From Candidatus Komeilibacteria bacterium (lineage in GTDB: Bacteria > Patescibacteriota > Patescibacteriia > UBA1558): a DNA stretch of 64,000 bases. Numbering within the stretch: the stretch's first letter is position 1; every line of letters begins with the position of its first letter. The translations under genes were made by a program, and so were the position numbers. Below, in pieces: positions 48,215 through 58,943 of this stretch. The stretch covers positions 365,928 to 429,927 of the forward strand of contig JBLYPW010000001.1 in NCBI GenBank assembly GCA_048538275.1, in the 5' to 3' direction. Under the pieces are notes generated by a model. It was not told where the DNA came from. It saw nothing but the letters and a program-made list of their open reading frames with translations, and ran no database searches.

Positions 48215-48772
48215 TTATAAATCAGCATTGAATTGTAGATAATATTTTGATCCTGACTTTTCCAAAATAGAGCTAAAACATTGTAATTGTGATACGCGCC
48301 AAGGCCTACGTACTTTATCATTTAAAGCAAATATATGCTCAGCTAAATTTTGTGGCTTGTGCAGACGACCAATAGTTAAATGCGGTTGCCAATGTAAGGC
48401 TTTGGCATCAAAACTTATCTGTTGGTCTTGTAACTGAGCAAGTAAGCTGTTTTGTAATCGTATCAGCTCCTTATCTGGCTGACTATTTATAATTATTATT
48501 TTGGCTTTATATGGGTTTGGAAAAGCAGATATTTCACTCAACTGTAAATGGGCTGGCTGCCAATTTTTGACCCAAACAGGGATTTTTTTTGCCAATATGG
48601 CAACTGTATCTGTTGCTACCTCACCTAAGAAAGCCAATGTTATATGCCAGTTTTTTTGATCAAGCCAAATAGCATTATTAATATTATGATGAAGTGATCG
48701 CAACTGCTGGGCTAAGGCTTGCTTTATATCATCTGGTATTGCTATGGATAAGAAAATTCTTGCTTTCTTCAT
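48215..48772 (-). CDS. thpR: RNA 2',3'-cyclic phosphodiesterase (2H family)
   Basis: Two HxT motifs, WHITLAFLG and PHLTIGR. Confidence 0.88.
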   Translation of the reverse strand: MKKARIFLSIAIPDDIKQALAQQLRSLHHNINNAIWLDQKNWHITLAFLGEVATDTVAILAKKIPVWVKNWQPAHLQLSEISAFPNPYKAKIIIINSQPDKELIRLQNSLLAQLQDQQISFDAKALHWQPHLTIGRLHKPQNLAEHIFALNDKVRRPWRVSQLQCFSSILEKSGSKYYLQFNADL

Positions 48773-48862
48773 CAGCTAAAGTTTAACATTTTTTTAGCTT
48801 GGTGACAACAGTAATTTATGCTATAATTAACAAGAAATTTTTATTATTTATAAACAAAATAA

Positions 48863-50281
48863 ATGCATAATAAGCGTCATTTAATAGTGGTTATCAGTTT
48901 TATTTTAATTGCGCTATACTTTAATTTACCTATAACTAAAGCAGCGGAATACGAAGACGGGGGCGCTTTTGATGGCAATTTTATTGTCGCTGATTATCAT
49001 TTTACTGATACAAGGTCCATGTCGCTTGAACAAATTGCCAGCTGGCTACGCCAGCGCGGTACTTTAGCCGATTATATTGACCCAAAAACTAAATTATCTG
49101 CACCCTTTATTATTTATAATGCAGCTCAGGATTATGGTATCAGCCCTAAAATTTTACTTGTCTTATTACAAAAAGAGCAAAGCTTAGTAGAGGATGACTC
49201 GCCCACTAAAAACCAATATGATTGGGCCACTGGCTATAGTTGCTATGGCGGACAATGTGATGAGCAATATCGTGGCTTTAGCCAACAAATCAGAGGAGCA
49301 GCTCGTCGCTTTATGTTAAGTTATTGGCCTGAATTGGAAAAAACGGGTTGTACTTTTACCAAATGGTGCGTTGGCGTACCAAAATTAAGCCAAGACAATA
49401 TTTGGATTGTGCCGGCTAACAAGGCCACTGCCGCTTTATATACCTATAATCCTTATCGCGGCAACTCAACCATGAACGGTTTACGTATCGGAGCAAATTA
49501 TAATTTTTGGAAAATTTGGCAAAGATGGTTTGCCCAAAGTTACCCAGATGGTAGTTTGCTAAAAGCAAAAGATTCAGCTAAAGTTTATTTGATCAAAAAT
49601 GGTCAAAAACGCTGGATTGCCTCTTACACCACTCTAGCCACCCGTTATGATGCCAATAATATTATTACTGTTCCAACGGATGAGTTGAATGGCTATCCGG
49701 ATGGTCCAGATATTAAATTCCCCTTATACGCTTTGGTGAGAACGCCCAATGGATCAATTTATTTAATTGCTGATGATAGTAAACGGATGATCGTCTCTTG
49801 GGAGGTGTTTCGTACTATCGGTTTTAATCCCGAAGAAATTGAAGATATATCTTTCAGTGATTTAGCTGGCATTCCCAGTGGAGCACCACTGACATTGTAT
49901 GACGCTTATCCGGCCGGCGCTGTCTTGCAGGATAAAGAAACAAACGAGTTATATTATGTAGAAAGTGGTATTAAACGCCGTATTGCCGACCAAGCTATAA
50001 TAGCCAATCGCTATCCCACCTACACGAGCACTCTAGTCAGCCATAAAGAATTACTAAATTATGAAGAAAGTGACCCGATAACTTTTCGCGATGGTACCTT
50101 GGTCAAAACCGTCAATGATTCATCAGTCTATGTCATATCTAATGGCCAACGTCGTTTGATCTCTTCAGCTGCTATATTTGATAGCTATGGGTACAATTGG
50201 AACAATATTGTAAACACATCAACTGAGGCTTTGGCTATACATCCTCTGGGTGACCCCTTAACCATGTTTGATAATCAATAA
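48863..50281 (+). CDS. Secreted protein with lysozyme-like N-domain and repeated C-terminal cell-surface modules
   Basis: Signal peptide; ISPKILLVLLQKEQSL, ATAALYTYNP; repeated DG.L.K...VY.I.NGQKR modules. Confidence 0.65.
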   Translation: MHNKRHLIVVISFILIALYFNLPITKAAEYEDGGAFDGNFIVADYHFTDTRSMSLEQIASWLRQRGTLADYIDPKTKLSAPFIIYNAAQDYGISPKILLVLLQKEQSLVEDDSPTKNQYDWATGYSCYGGQCDEQYRGFSQQIRGAARRFMLSYWPELEKTGCTFTKWCVGVPKLSQDNIWIVPANKATAALYTYNPYRGNSTMNGLRIGANYNFWKIWQRWFAQSYPDGSLLKAKDSAKVYLIKNGQKRWIASYTTLATRYDANNIITVPTDELNGYPDGPDIKFPLYALVRTPNGSIYLIADDSKRMIVSWEVFRTIGFNPEEIEDISFSDLAGIPSGAPLTLYDAYPAGAVLQDKETNELYYVESGIKRRIADQAIIANRYPTYTSTLVSHKELLNYEESDPITFRDGTLVKTVNDSSVYVISNGQRRLISSAAIFDSYGYNWNNIVNTSTEALAIHPLGDPLTMFDNQ

Positions 50282-50285
50282 CTTT

Positions 50286-51074
50286 ATGTCTTTAAACTTA
50301 GCAGCTTTTCTGCCTCATCCACCACTTGCCATACCAACCATTGGCGGTGATAATATAAAAGCTGTAGCAGCTACAATAAAGGCCTATCAACATATTCAAG
50401 AGCAAATTTATCAGGCCCGTTTGGACACTCTAATAATAATATCAGCTCACGGTCATAGTTTAGAACAGGCTTTTGCTATTAACCATGCTCCGCAAATGCA
50501 TTTTGATTTTAGTCAATTTGGTGATCTTAATGAATATCAAATTATAAACAATGACATGAGTCTTGGTTATAATTTACGTGAATATATGGAGACGCGCATC
50601 CCTGTGGTACTTTATAATGAAGAAGCTATAGATTATGGCGCTGCTGTACCGCTTTATTATCTGTTGCAAAACCAACCCAATATTATGGTTGTTCCTGTGC
50701 ATACCAGCCATCTTAATTATGAAAGACATGTCCAGTTTGGAGAAATGATAAAAGAAATCACTTGGCGTTCTAACAAACGTATTGGTGTGATCGCAGCTGG
50801 GGATTTATCGCATACCTTGACTGAAGAAGCGCCCGCTGGTTTTAACCCAGCCGGCAAAGAATTTGATAAGCTGATCATCAGCCTAATTAAGCAAAAACAA
50901 TTGGCTAGTCTTGGTAATATATCCAGCGATTTAGTTAACCAAGCAGTGACTTGTGGCTATCGTCCGTTTTTGACATTGCTTGGTATTACCAAAAATGTAG
51001 CCTGGCAACCTGATGTGCTAGCCTATGAAGCGCCGGTTGGAGTGGGTTATCTTTCTTTGCAGTTTATTCTTTAG
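50286..51074 (+). CDS. LigB/MEMO-like extradiol dioxygenase fold protein (AmmeMemoRadiSam B-like)
   Basis: PHPP, ISAH, DYGAAVPL, AGDLSH, YEAPVGVGY. Confidence 0.8.
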   Translation: MSLNLAAFLPHPPLAIPTIGGDNIKAVAATIKAYQHIQEQIYQARLDTLIIISAHGHSLEQAFAINHAPQMHFDFSQFGDLNEYQIINNDMSLGYNLREYMETRIPVVLYNEEAIDYGAAVPLYYLLQNQPNIMVVPVHTSHLNYERHVQFGEMIKEITWRSNKRIGVIAAGDLSHTLTEEAPAGFNPAGKEFDKLIISLIKQKQLASLGNISSDLVNQAVTCGYRPFLTLLGITKNVAWQPDVLAYEAPVGVGYLSLQFIL

Positions 51075-51077
51075 TAT

Positions 51078-52910
51078 ATGAGCTTTGTTCAAATAATACC
51101 AATCATGAGGCTGCCTCTCGGACAGTCTAATTATTTTGATTATCGTATTCCTAAAAATATAAACCGAGATAATATAAAGCGTGGTCAAATAGTAGATATT
51201 GTTTTGCGCGGTAGAAAATTATCAGGCGTGGTTTGGGGAATAACAAAAAATAGTACAGTTGCTAATGTTAAAGAATTTAGTGCTCTGTGGCCAGATAGCT
51301 TTTCTATCAAATCTTCTCAGCTTGATACATTGCCAAACCTTGCTAAAATATTAAGGTCTTCGTGGCCGCAAACTTTATTTACCCTGACCCTCCCTCTGAC
51401 CAAACGTAAAACACATACTCACCTACCAAATTATCAGTCGGTAAAAAAAAATATACAGTCTATTGATTTACCAAAACCACGGGCTAAAACCTTTATAGAA
51501 TATCAAAACTATGATCAGGCAATTTCACTGTATTGTAATATTATTAAACGATTAGAGGATAAAGAACAAATATTAATATGCGTACCAAATAAAATCACTG
51601 GCCTGAGAATAGCAAGTATCATCAAAGGAGCGGGCATGCAACAGCAACCGCTATTGATAAGCGCTGATTTGAATAAGGGTCAAGCAAGTCAAGTCTGGCA
51701 AGCAGTTGCCAGTGGTCAGCAAGTAGTAGTAATCGGTACCAAAAAATCATTATGGTTACCGTGGTACAATTTGGCTTATATTATAATTGATCAAGCAGCT
51801 GACACCGCTCATCATCAATGGGATAATCAACCGCGTTATAATATAGCTTGGCTTGCTAAAACTTTTGCAGAGCAAAATAATAGCAAACTAATTTGGCTTG
51901 ATAATATGCCTTCTCCTAGGCAATATCACCTGATCAAACAAGAGCAATGGCCATATTGGCGACTGCCCGCTCAGCATATTGATAAAGTACAAATAAAAGT
52001 AAATATTGGACAGTGGCTGAGTTTAGAGATTATTGATATAATTAATGCTGCTCTAGCTCAGCAAGAGAAAGTATTGATCCTAAGCAATCGGCTGCATTAT
52101 GGACGTCAACTAATATGTCAAGATTGTCAATATGTCTGGCTATGTCCACACTGTTCATTGCCCTATCAAGTTGACGATGATCAGCAGATGCTTACTTGTT
52201 ATCATTGCCTAAAAAGTGAGAGCGTGCCCACTGTTTGTCCAAACTGCCACGGCAGTAGATTATATACTCAAGGATGGGGTTTAGAGCGCCTACAGCAAGC
52301 TTTGACAAAACAGTTTAATAATGCTAATATTAAAACTTTCAGCTCGGCTGACAAAAACATTCCTCAGGCTGATATTTTATTAAGTTCATCAGCCATTTGG
52401 CAACACTTATGGCAATTTAATCCGACTAAAATTATTATTCCCATAGCTGAACAATGGTTAACTCCGGTAGATCTAGATACTAAATGGCGCTGGCTTTATG
52501 AAATTAGACGTTGGCGCAGCTGGGGCGTACCGTTATTAATACAAACATACAATGAGGCAGAATGGGCGGATTTTATTGACAATCCACTTGCTCTGGTGCG
52601 CAATGAATTGCGGTCATTAGCTAGGCTGGGTTTGCCTCCCTTTGCTCAAATAGTAAAGGTGATAATCAAAGATTCAAACAAAGCCAGGGCATTAGCCAAA
52701 GCCTGGGAACAAAGAAAAAAAATTGCTCAACTTTTACCCCAAGCAAAAATTAGCGCACCACAACAAACCATACCGACTATTCGTCATCAGCAATATCAAC
52801 AACAGCTGATCGTCACTAATTTAAAATCAAACGATATAAATAAGTTGATAAAAGCAAAAACAAAGAATATAAGTTTTGACATTAATCCAGTGAAAATTTT
52901 AAGTCTATGA
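51078..52910 (+). CDS. priA: Primosomal protein N' (PriA), helicase motifs degenerate
   Basis: N-terminal FDY..P...GQIV, four CxxC zinc motifs, GLPPF; priA-def-fmt order. Confidence 0.8.
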   Translation: MSFVQIIPIMRLPLGQSNYFDYRIPKNINRDNIKRGQIVDIVLRGRKLSGVVWGITKNSTVANVKEFSALWPDSFSIKSSQLDTLPNLAKILRSSWPQTLFTLTLPLTKRKTHTHLPNYQSVKKNIQSIDLPKPRAKTFIEYQNYDQAISLYCNIIKRLEDKEQILICVPNKITGLRIASIIKGAGMQQQPLLISADLNKGQASQVWQAVASGQQVVVIGTKKSLWLPWYNLAYIIIDQAADTAHHQWDNQPRYNIAWLAKTFAEQNNSKLIWLDNMPSPRQYHLIKQEQWPYWRLPAQHIDKVQIKVNIGQWLSLEIIDIINAALAQQEKVLILSNRLHYGRQLICQDCQYVWLCPHCSLPYQVDDDQQMLTCYHCLKSESVPTVCPNCHGSRLYTQGWGLERLQQALTKQFNNANIKTFSSADKNIPQADILLSSSAIWQHLWQFNPTKIIIPIAEQWLTPVDLDTKWRWLYEIRRWRSWGVPLLIQTYNEAEWADFIDNPLALVRNELRSLARLGLPPFAQIVKVIIKDSNKARALAKAWEQRKKIAQLLPQAKISAPQQTIPTIRHQQYQQQLIVTNLKSNDINKLIKAKTKNISFDINPVKILSL

Positions 52911-53392
52911 TTTTACCTGTTTTAAAAGCACCCCATCCGTGGTTAAGAAATAAATCTCAGCCGGTTGATAATATTATGTCGGCCGATTTTCAGGACTGGC
53001 TAGACCAACTATATGAAACGATGCGTCAGGAAGATGGCGTGGGTTTGGCGGCCCGACAAGTAGGCCGAGAAGAGGACGTTTTTGTTATTGATTATGGGCA
53101 TGGTCCGATGTTTTTTATAAATGCTAAGATTATTCATAAATCAAAAAAACAAAACGAAGATGAAGAAGGTTGTTTATCCGTACCGGGAGTGTATGGCATG
53201 GTTAAACGTTCTGTTAGTTTGGTAATAAAATATTATGACCGACAAGGTCAGTGGCATATCAAGCGATTTAAGGATTTAGCGGCTCGTATTATTCAACATG
53301 AAAAAGATCATAATTTAGGGATTCTATTTATAGATAAAGTGACTCGCTATACTGCCGGAGAAGAATTGCTAACTAGCTATCAGGATGCGTAA
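52907..53392 (+). CDS. def: Peptide deformylase
   Basis: GVGLAARQ, EGCLS, QHEKDH. Confidence 0.95.
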   Translation: MILPVLKAPHPWLRNKSQPVDNIMSADFQDWLDQLYETMRQEDGVGLAARQVGREEDVFVIDYGHGPMFFINAKIIHKSKKQNEDEEGCLSVPGVYGMVKRSVSLVIKYYDRQGQWHIKRFKDLAARIIQHEKDHNLGILFIDKVTRYTAGEELLTSYQDA

Positions 53393-54323
53393 AAAAATTT
53401 TATTTTTATCATCTGATGACATTGCTCTGAATACTATTCTGGCTTTACATCAGCAATACGATATTACTGTAGTTAGCAAAGCGGATAAACCGAAAAAAAG
53501 ATCAGGGCAAGCCCAGGCCAATGTTTTAGTTGAGGCTTTAAAAAAAGATCCGGCAGGTCAGCTCATCCCGATTATAAAAATTTCTCAAAAAGAAAAAGAG
53601 TGGTGGCAACAATGGTCAGCTGATCAGTTTTCGGCAGTGATCACGTTTTCCTTTGGCATGATTCTACCGGCTGATTTTTTAGATTATTGGCATATGCCAA
53701 CCATAAATATACACCCCTCCTTATTGCCCCAGTGGCGCGGGCCCTCTCCCCTACAGGCCGCCCTATTGCACAACCAAAATCACACTGCTCTGACTTATAT
53801 GCTGATGTCGGCCGGTATGGACGAAGGTGATATTTTACGTCAAATAAAGTTTTCTATAGATCCGGATTGGACTATTTTAAAATTACGACAAGCGGTGGCA
53901 AAATTAAGCGAGGTCAGTATTATTCCTTTTTTACAAGACTGGCAAGCTAATAAAATTATTGCTATACGCCAAGACAATAACCAAGCTACTTATTGCTCTA
54001 TGATTAGTAAGGATGATGGACGTATTGACTGGCAACAGTCGGCTGAGGATATATATAATCAATATCGAGCCTATATAAATTGGCCCGGTGTATTCACTAC
54101 CTGGCAAAATAAACTTTTGTTTTTACGCAATATTAGGCCAATTGAGACGACTTTAGACAACTTACCTGGCCAAGTCACATTAACAAAGGATAAAAAAGTG
54201 CAAATTAGCTGTGGTCAAGGCGCTATTGAAGTATTAGAATTACAATTAGCCGGTAAAAAAAAGCTGGCCGCAGATGATTTTCTCCGTGGCCATGCTACAT
54301 TTATTCACGCTAGATTGATTTAG
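53385..54323 (+). CDS. fmt: Methionyl-tRNA formyltransferase
   Basis: INIHPSLLPQWRGPSP, MDEGDI, KDDGRIDW. Confidence 0.93.
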   Translation: MRKKILFLSSDDIALNTILALHQQYDITVVSKADKPKKRSGQAQANVLVEALKKDPAGQLIPIIKISQKEKEWWQQWSADQFSAVITFSFGMILPADFLDYWHMPTINIHPSLLPQWRGPSPLQAALLHNQNHTALTYMLMSAGMDEGDILRQIKFSIDPDWTILKLRQAVAKLSEVSIIPFLQDWQANKIIAIRQDNNQATYCSMISKDDGRIDWQQSAEDIYNQYRAYINWPGVFTTWQNKLLFLRNIRPIETTLDNLPGQVTLTKDKKVQISCGQGAIEVLELQLAGKKKLAADDFLRGHATFIHARLI

Positions 54324-55823
54324 TTATTTTTTTTCTGTGACCCAAAAGCCCAGTCTAAACTTTCCCCCCAACAGCAATCGTGTTTGGGCGTCAACAGCCG
54401 GTATAGAGCCAAATAATATCATAGAAATAGGAAATATCGCCCACTGGAAAAACATTATTAAATATTTAGCCCAGTGATATTTTTTTGGTCTAGTTGGTAA
54501 TAAAATAGTTGAAAACAAAGCGGTCACCAATAGGCCAACCATTGCTACGGACATTAAAAATTGTAATATATAAGGCGCTTGTTGCGCCACATATGTAGTC
54601 TCTACATCACGCCCCGCTACCCATAAAGGCAATCTACCCAAAATAAATATTAATAAAGGCGCTGTGGCCCACGAATAAACTCCTTCCGTTTGGTTCCATA
54701 AATAACGAAATTTTTTTGTTAGCGGGATAGCCTTATTTTTATAAAAATTCCACGCCATATAAGGAAAATGTTCTACCCCCCAAGCCCAACGACGCATTTG
54801 TTTATACTGATTGACCAGAGAGCGCCAAAATTTACCCATATAGACTGTATTCATAGAAACCGGTATATACATCGGTTTGACTTGATAATTGCCATTATAA
54901 TAGATAAAACATTGCAAAAAAATACGAGAATCTTCCGTAACAATATCGTTTTGCCAAAAACCAACATCCACCAAAGCGCGCCAGCTCATACTGTGTGAAG
55001 AAAAAGTAAATAAGCGCTCCGGCCGAGCCATGTCTGTCAACAACCAAAAAGTTGTAGAATTTGCTACGACCCTGGTAAGAAAATTAGATTCCCAAATATT
55101 ATTATGATAAAAAGCCAATGGTTGGTAACTACATCGGGTGGGATCCTCCGTAGTCAAATATTGATAAGTCAAATAGGAAAAATATTCAGGATGAACCTGC
55201 GTGTCTATATCAAAACAGGAAACAATAATTTTATCATAATCCCAACCCTGCTTATCAATATACTGTTTAGTAATATGTCCGGCATAATTTAAATTTGAAC
55301 CTTTGCCGGGTATTTCACCTGGTACAGCAGCCGGATGAACAGTGATCAACAAATCATTAAAGAAAATACCAAACTTGGCTTTTATTTTTTTTGCTGATAA
55401 TAAGAAATTATCCTTGTCTCTTTCCTCCCCCGCTAATACTATAGTCATCTTATCAAGCGGATATTTACTTCGTTGTAAACTTCTAAAAGTTTCCTCTAAG
55501 ACTTCATATGGCTCTGTATATGTCGGTAAAAAAATAAGATGATGATAATCTTTCCATTTTTTATCCTTGATTGATTTGACCTTTTCCAACCAGTTAATTT
55601 TAGCATCTCTATGATAACGCCGCCAAGAAACAAATAAATATATCATCATATAACCCACCCGAATAAACCAATAGAGATCAAAAATTATAATAAAATAAAT
55701 CGCATAAAGTGGACGCCAAAAAGAAACGACTATTGCGAGCAGCAAAGTCGTCCATACTAAAATCCCTGGCAGCATTTCCAGAGATCTGTAAATAAAATAA
55801 TTTTTAGTCTTCGGTTTTGCCAT
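54324..55823 (-). CDS. Membrane-bound processive-type glycosyltransferase family 2
   Basis: GKGSN, FDID, TED, QMRRW (QxxRW) and flanking TM helices. Confidence 0.85.
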   Translation of the reverse strand: MAKPKTKNYFIYRSLEMLPGILVWTTLLLAIVVSFWRPLYAIYFIIIFDLYWFIRVGYMMIYLFVSWRRYHRDAKINWLEKVKSIKDKKWKDYHHLIFLPTYTEPYEVLEETFRSLQRSKYPLDKMTIVLAGEERDKDNFLLSAKKIKAKFGIFFNDLLITVHPAAVPGEIPGKGSNLNYAGHITKQYIDKQGWDYDKIIVSCFDIDTQVHPEYFSYLTYQYLTTEDPTRCSYQPLAFYHNNIWESNFLTRVVANSTTFWLLTDMARPERLFTFSSHSMSWRALVDVGFWQNDIVTEDSRIFLQCFIYYNGNYQVKPMYIPVSMNTVYMGKFWRSLVNQYKQMRRWAWGVEHFPYMAWNFYKNKAIPLTKKFRYLWNQTEGVYSWATAPLLIFILGRLPLWVAGRDVETTYVAQQAPYILQFLMSVAMVGLLVTALFSTILLPTRPKKYHWAKYLIMFFQWAIFPISMILFGSIPAVDAQTRLLLGGKFRLGFWVTEKK

Positions 55824-56385
55824 TATTGGTACTAAGTAAATTCTCAGGCACATCCCCTACTCGGGCATAGTCATAGTAAATATAGATCTTTTTACTAGGT
55901 AAATATTCTATACGTTGCACTAGGCCGGTGGAGGAAAAATAAGCGCGCAGTGATTGATTATTAACATAAAAATCATAACCAGTCAAACCGACTGCCTCGG
56001 TTTGGAGATGTAGCGCTTGTTTGTCAGTCAGGGCTATCATTGCTAGCTGATAAGGATCAAAAGCCATGTTTATATTGTCAGTAAAAGGCGGTAAAACCAA
56101 CCAGTCGCCATCTTGTTCCAGCCACTGCTGGTTATTTCTTAGATCAATTATAATATCAGCTTGTTTGTCAGCTTCTAATCTCATGCGCTCACCCACTCTA
56201 TAAAGAGTAACGGTTTTATCAGGATAGTGTAATACGACTTGATAATTTTTAGTCGGTAAAGACAAAGTAACTGATGCGGTCTTCTTCTGCGCTGCGCTTT
56301 GCCATATTATATAACCAAAAATTACTAATATTAAAAAAATAAATATTAATAATCCAATCAGGTTTATATGGGCACGATTACTCAT
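55804..56385 (-). CDS. Hypothetical membrane-anchored protein
   Basis: N-terminal TM helix; operonic overlap with neighbours. Confidence 0.6.
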   Translation of the reverse strand: MSNRAHINLIGLLIFIFLILVIFGYIIWQSAAQKKTASVTLSLPTKNYQVVLHYPDKTVTLYRVGERMRLEADKQADIIIDLRNNQQWLEQDGDWLVLPPFTDNINMAFDPYQLAMIALTDKQALHLQTEAVGLTGYDFYVNNQSLRAYFSSTGLVQRIEYLPSKKIYIYYDYARVGDVPENLLSTNNGKTED

Positions 56386-56389
56386 TGCT

Positions 56390-57028
56390 CTATTTAAGCT
56401 CTATAGTGTTAATAATAATGTCGCTTAAGGGTTTGTCATTGACATCGCGCGCTGTTTTACTTATTTTTTCAGCCACATCTAGACCGTCTATAACCTTACC
56501 AAAATTAGTATGCTGCCCGTCCAACCAAGGCGTGCTATCAGCGGTAACAATAAAAAATTGGCTGCCATTGGTATTGGCGCCACTATTGGCCATAGCCAAT
56601 GAACCCTTGACTAATTTGTGATTATTGAATTCGTCAGTAAATCTATAGCCCGGCCCGCCGGTGCCGTAAAGATTAGTTTTATCGGTCTTGCTAATGGGAT
56701 CTCCACCTTGGATCATAAAATCTGGAATTACCCTATGCCATTTGGTATTATCATAAAAACCAATACTAGCTAAATAAAACCAATTGTTCACCGTAATTGG
56801 TGAATCATCCTGATAAAATTCAAGCGTAATATCACCAACATTGGTGTGAATAATAGCTTGGCTAAATTTATCCAATAAGTTAGGTTGTTGTGCCGGCGGC
56901 AATGGATTTTCCATAATAATATCATTAGATGGTTTATTAGTAGATGTTATATTATCAACTGGCGCTTGATTAGTACAACCGGTCAATAAAAATAAAAAAC
57001 CGAAAGCTATAATTGTTTGTTTGAGCAT
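56390..57028 (-). CDS. Cyclophilin-type peptidyl-prolyl isomerase, probable lipoprotein
   Basis: Lipobox LTGC; HRVIPDFMIQGGDP, MANSGANTNGSQFFI, WLDGQHTNFG. Confidence 0.93.
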   Translation of the reverse strand: MLKQTIIAFGFLFLLTGCTNQAPVDNITSTNKPSNDIIMENPLPPAQQPNLLDKFSQAIIHTNVGDITLEFYQDDSPITVNNWFYLASIGFYDNTKWHRVIPDFMIQGGDPISKTDKTNLYGTGGPGYRFTDEFNNHKLVKGSLAMANSGANTNGSQFFIVTADSTPWLDGQHTNFGKVIDGLDVAEKISKTARDVNDKPLSDIIINTIELK

Positions 57029-57098
57029 ATATTTTATTAATATTTAAAACCAAAACAACATTGCATGGCGGGTTTGCCATGGTTAATGCAAATAAGAA

Positions 57099-57305
57099 CT
57101 ATTTCTTACCCCACTTGCCTACACCGAAAACAGCATAAAGGGCAGCTAAACCGACCAGAGCGTAGATAATTCTCGTCACCACGGACATGGCGCCAAAAAC
57201 TGCGGCCACAAGGTCAAATCCGAAAAAACCAACTAGGCCCCAATTTAATCCACCGATTAGAATTAAAACAATAATGGCCCCGTCAAATGAGTTAAATTTT
57301 TGCAT
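57099..57305 (-). CDS. DUF378 family small membrane protein
   Basis: IGGLNWGLVGFFGFDLVA...RIIYALVGLAALY. Confidence 0.88.
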   Translation of the reverse strand: MQKFNSFDGAIIVLILIGGLNWGLVGFFGFDLVAAVFGAMSVVTRIIYALVGLAALYAVFGVGKWGKK

Positions 57306-57518
57306 AATATATACCTCTTCTAAAGCTTAAAATAAATACAATGTGACCTTTTTTTGTGTGAATACGCCCGTATTATAGCATATTACTTTTGCACAGGCTA
57401 TGCTGATATTATAGTGCCAAATATTTTGGCCCATAGTTGAATCTCCTACCTTCACTAAAAACAACTTGATTTGCTCGGGGGCTCTTTTTTATTGGCAAAA
57501 TTTGTTATAATATAGCAT

Positions 57519-58838
57519 ATGCTAAAGAGATTAACACTTATAAGTGTATTATTATTTGCCGTCATGGCAATGATTTTATATTTGTCTCCAGTGGTATTGG
57601 CTAATACTACCTCTGAAACTCTTAGCTTGCAAAAGCAGTTAGAAGCCATACAGCAAGAAATTGATCAATACCAACAACAATTAAATACTGTAAAATATCA
57701 AAAATCTACATTAAGTCAGAAAATTTATGAATTAACTTTACAACAAAACAAGCTAACTCTACAAATTCAGCAATCACAGCTAAATATTGAACAAATTGAT
57801 AATAAGCTCAATCAGTTGCAAACAAATATTGCTGAGCGTAATTTAAGAATACAAGAATTAGCGGACAATATGACCAAGCTTTTACGTGAACTGCAACGTA
57901 AATATCGCTATTCTGGCTTAGAAATCTGGCTGATGAATAAGGACGTTGGTGGATTTTTTAATCAAATTAGCGCTTATTCTAAATTAACCAGCAGTTTAGC
58001 TGTTACGGTAGAACAAGTAAAACAAGAAAAGGACATGATGCTCAATGAACAAAACTTGTTAAGCGAATCTAAAGAGCAACAGGGTAATTTATTAGCCATT
58101 GCTGATTTACAAAATCAAAAATTGAGCGGTACTATTAGCGAGCGCAATAAACTTTTGGTAGAAACCAAGGAGCAAGAAGATAATTATCAGGCAATTTTGT
58201 CTGATAAACAAAAACAAGCCAATGAAATAAAAAATAGAATTTATGATTTGTTGGGTGTCAGTCGCGCTGTTACTTTTAATGAGGCCGTACAAATTGCAGA
58301 GTGGGCTGAGGATAGCACTGGCGTGAGGGCTGCTTTTTTGCTGGCTATATTAACACAGGAATCAAATTTGGGTAAAAACGTAGGCACTTGCAATCGTCCC
58401 GGGGATCCCCCAGAAAAAAGCTGGAAAGTTATTATGAAACCAAGCCGCGATCAGGAACCTTTCAAACAAATTACGGCGGAGCTGGGCATGGATCCTGATG
58501 TTACGCCGGTATCGTGCCCTATGCGAGATAAAAACGGTGAACAAATCGGTTGGGGTGGGGCTATGGGTCCAGCGCAATTCATTCCTTCCACCTGGATAGG
58601 CTATAAGGATAAGGTTAGCGCTATTACTGGCAAACCGGCTAATCCTTGGGATATTAGAGATGCTTTTTTGGCAGCTGCTATTTTATCAAAAGCTAATGGC
58701 GCCGGCAGCCAGGATGGTGAATGGGCGGCTGCTATGCGTTATTTTTCTGGCTCTACCAACCCTGCTTATCGTTTTTATGGCGATAATGTAGTAGCTCTAG
58801 CTGATCAGTACCAGCAGGATATAGATAAAATAAAATAA
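57519..58838 (+). CDS. Coiled-coil lytic murein transglycosylase
   Basis: Signal peptide, coiled coil, LAILTQES, GAMGPAQFIPSTW, NPWDIRDA. Confidence 0.85.
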   Translation: MLKRLTLISVLLFAVMAMILYLSPVVLANTTSETLSLQKQLEAIQQEIDQYQQQLNTVKYQKSTLSQKIYELTLQQNKLTLQIQQSQLNIEQIDNKLNQLQTNIAERNLRIQELADNMTKLLRELQRKYRYSGLEIWLMNKDVGGFFNQISAYSKLTSSLAVTVEQVKQEKDMMLNEQNLLSESKEQQGNLLAIADLQNQKLSGTISERNKLLVETKEQEDNYQAILSDKQKQANEIKNRIYDLLGVSRAVTFNEAVQIAEWAEDSTGVRAAFLLAILTQESNLGKNVGTCNRPGDPPEKSWKVIMKPSRDQEPFKQITAELGMDPDVTPVSCPMRDKNGEQIGWGGAMGPAQFIPSTWIGYKDKVSAITGKPANPWDIRDAFLAAAILSKANGAGSQDGEWAAAMRYFSGSTNPAYRFYGDNVVALADQYQQDIDKIK

Positions 58839-58851
58839 TTTTTCGGCTAGA

Positions 58852-58880
58852 TTGACTTATTTATTTTTTTGTTCTAGAAT
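58852..58880 (+). promoter_or_regulatory. Sigma70 promoter for typA
   Basis: TTGACT-N17-TAGAAT; leader hairpin CCGCTT/AAGCGG follows. Confidence 0.55.
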
Positions 58881-58943
58881 ATAGCCAGTCAAAAAAGTCG
58901 TTATCCGCTTTTTTATAAGCGGTTTTAATTTTTCTATAAGTTT

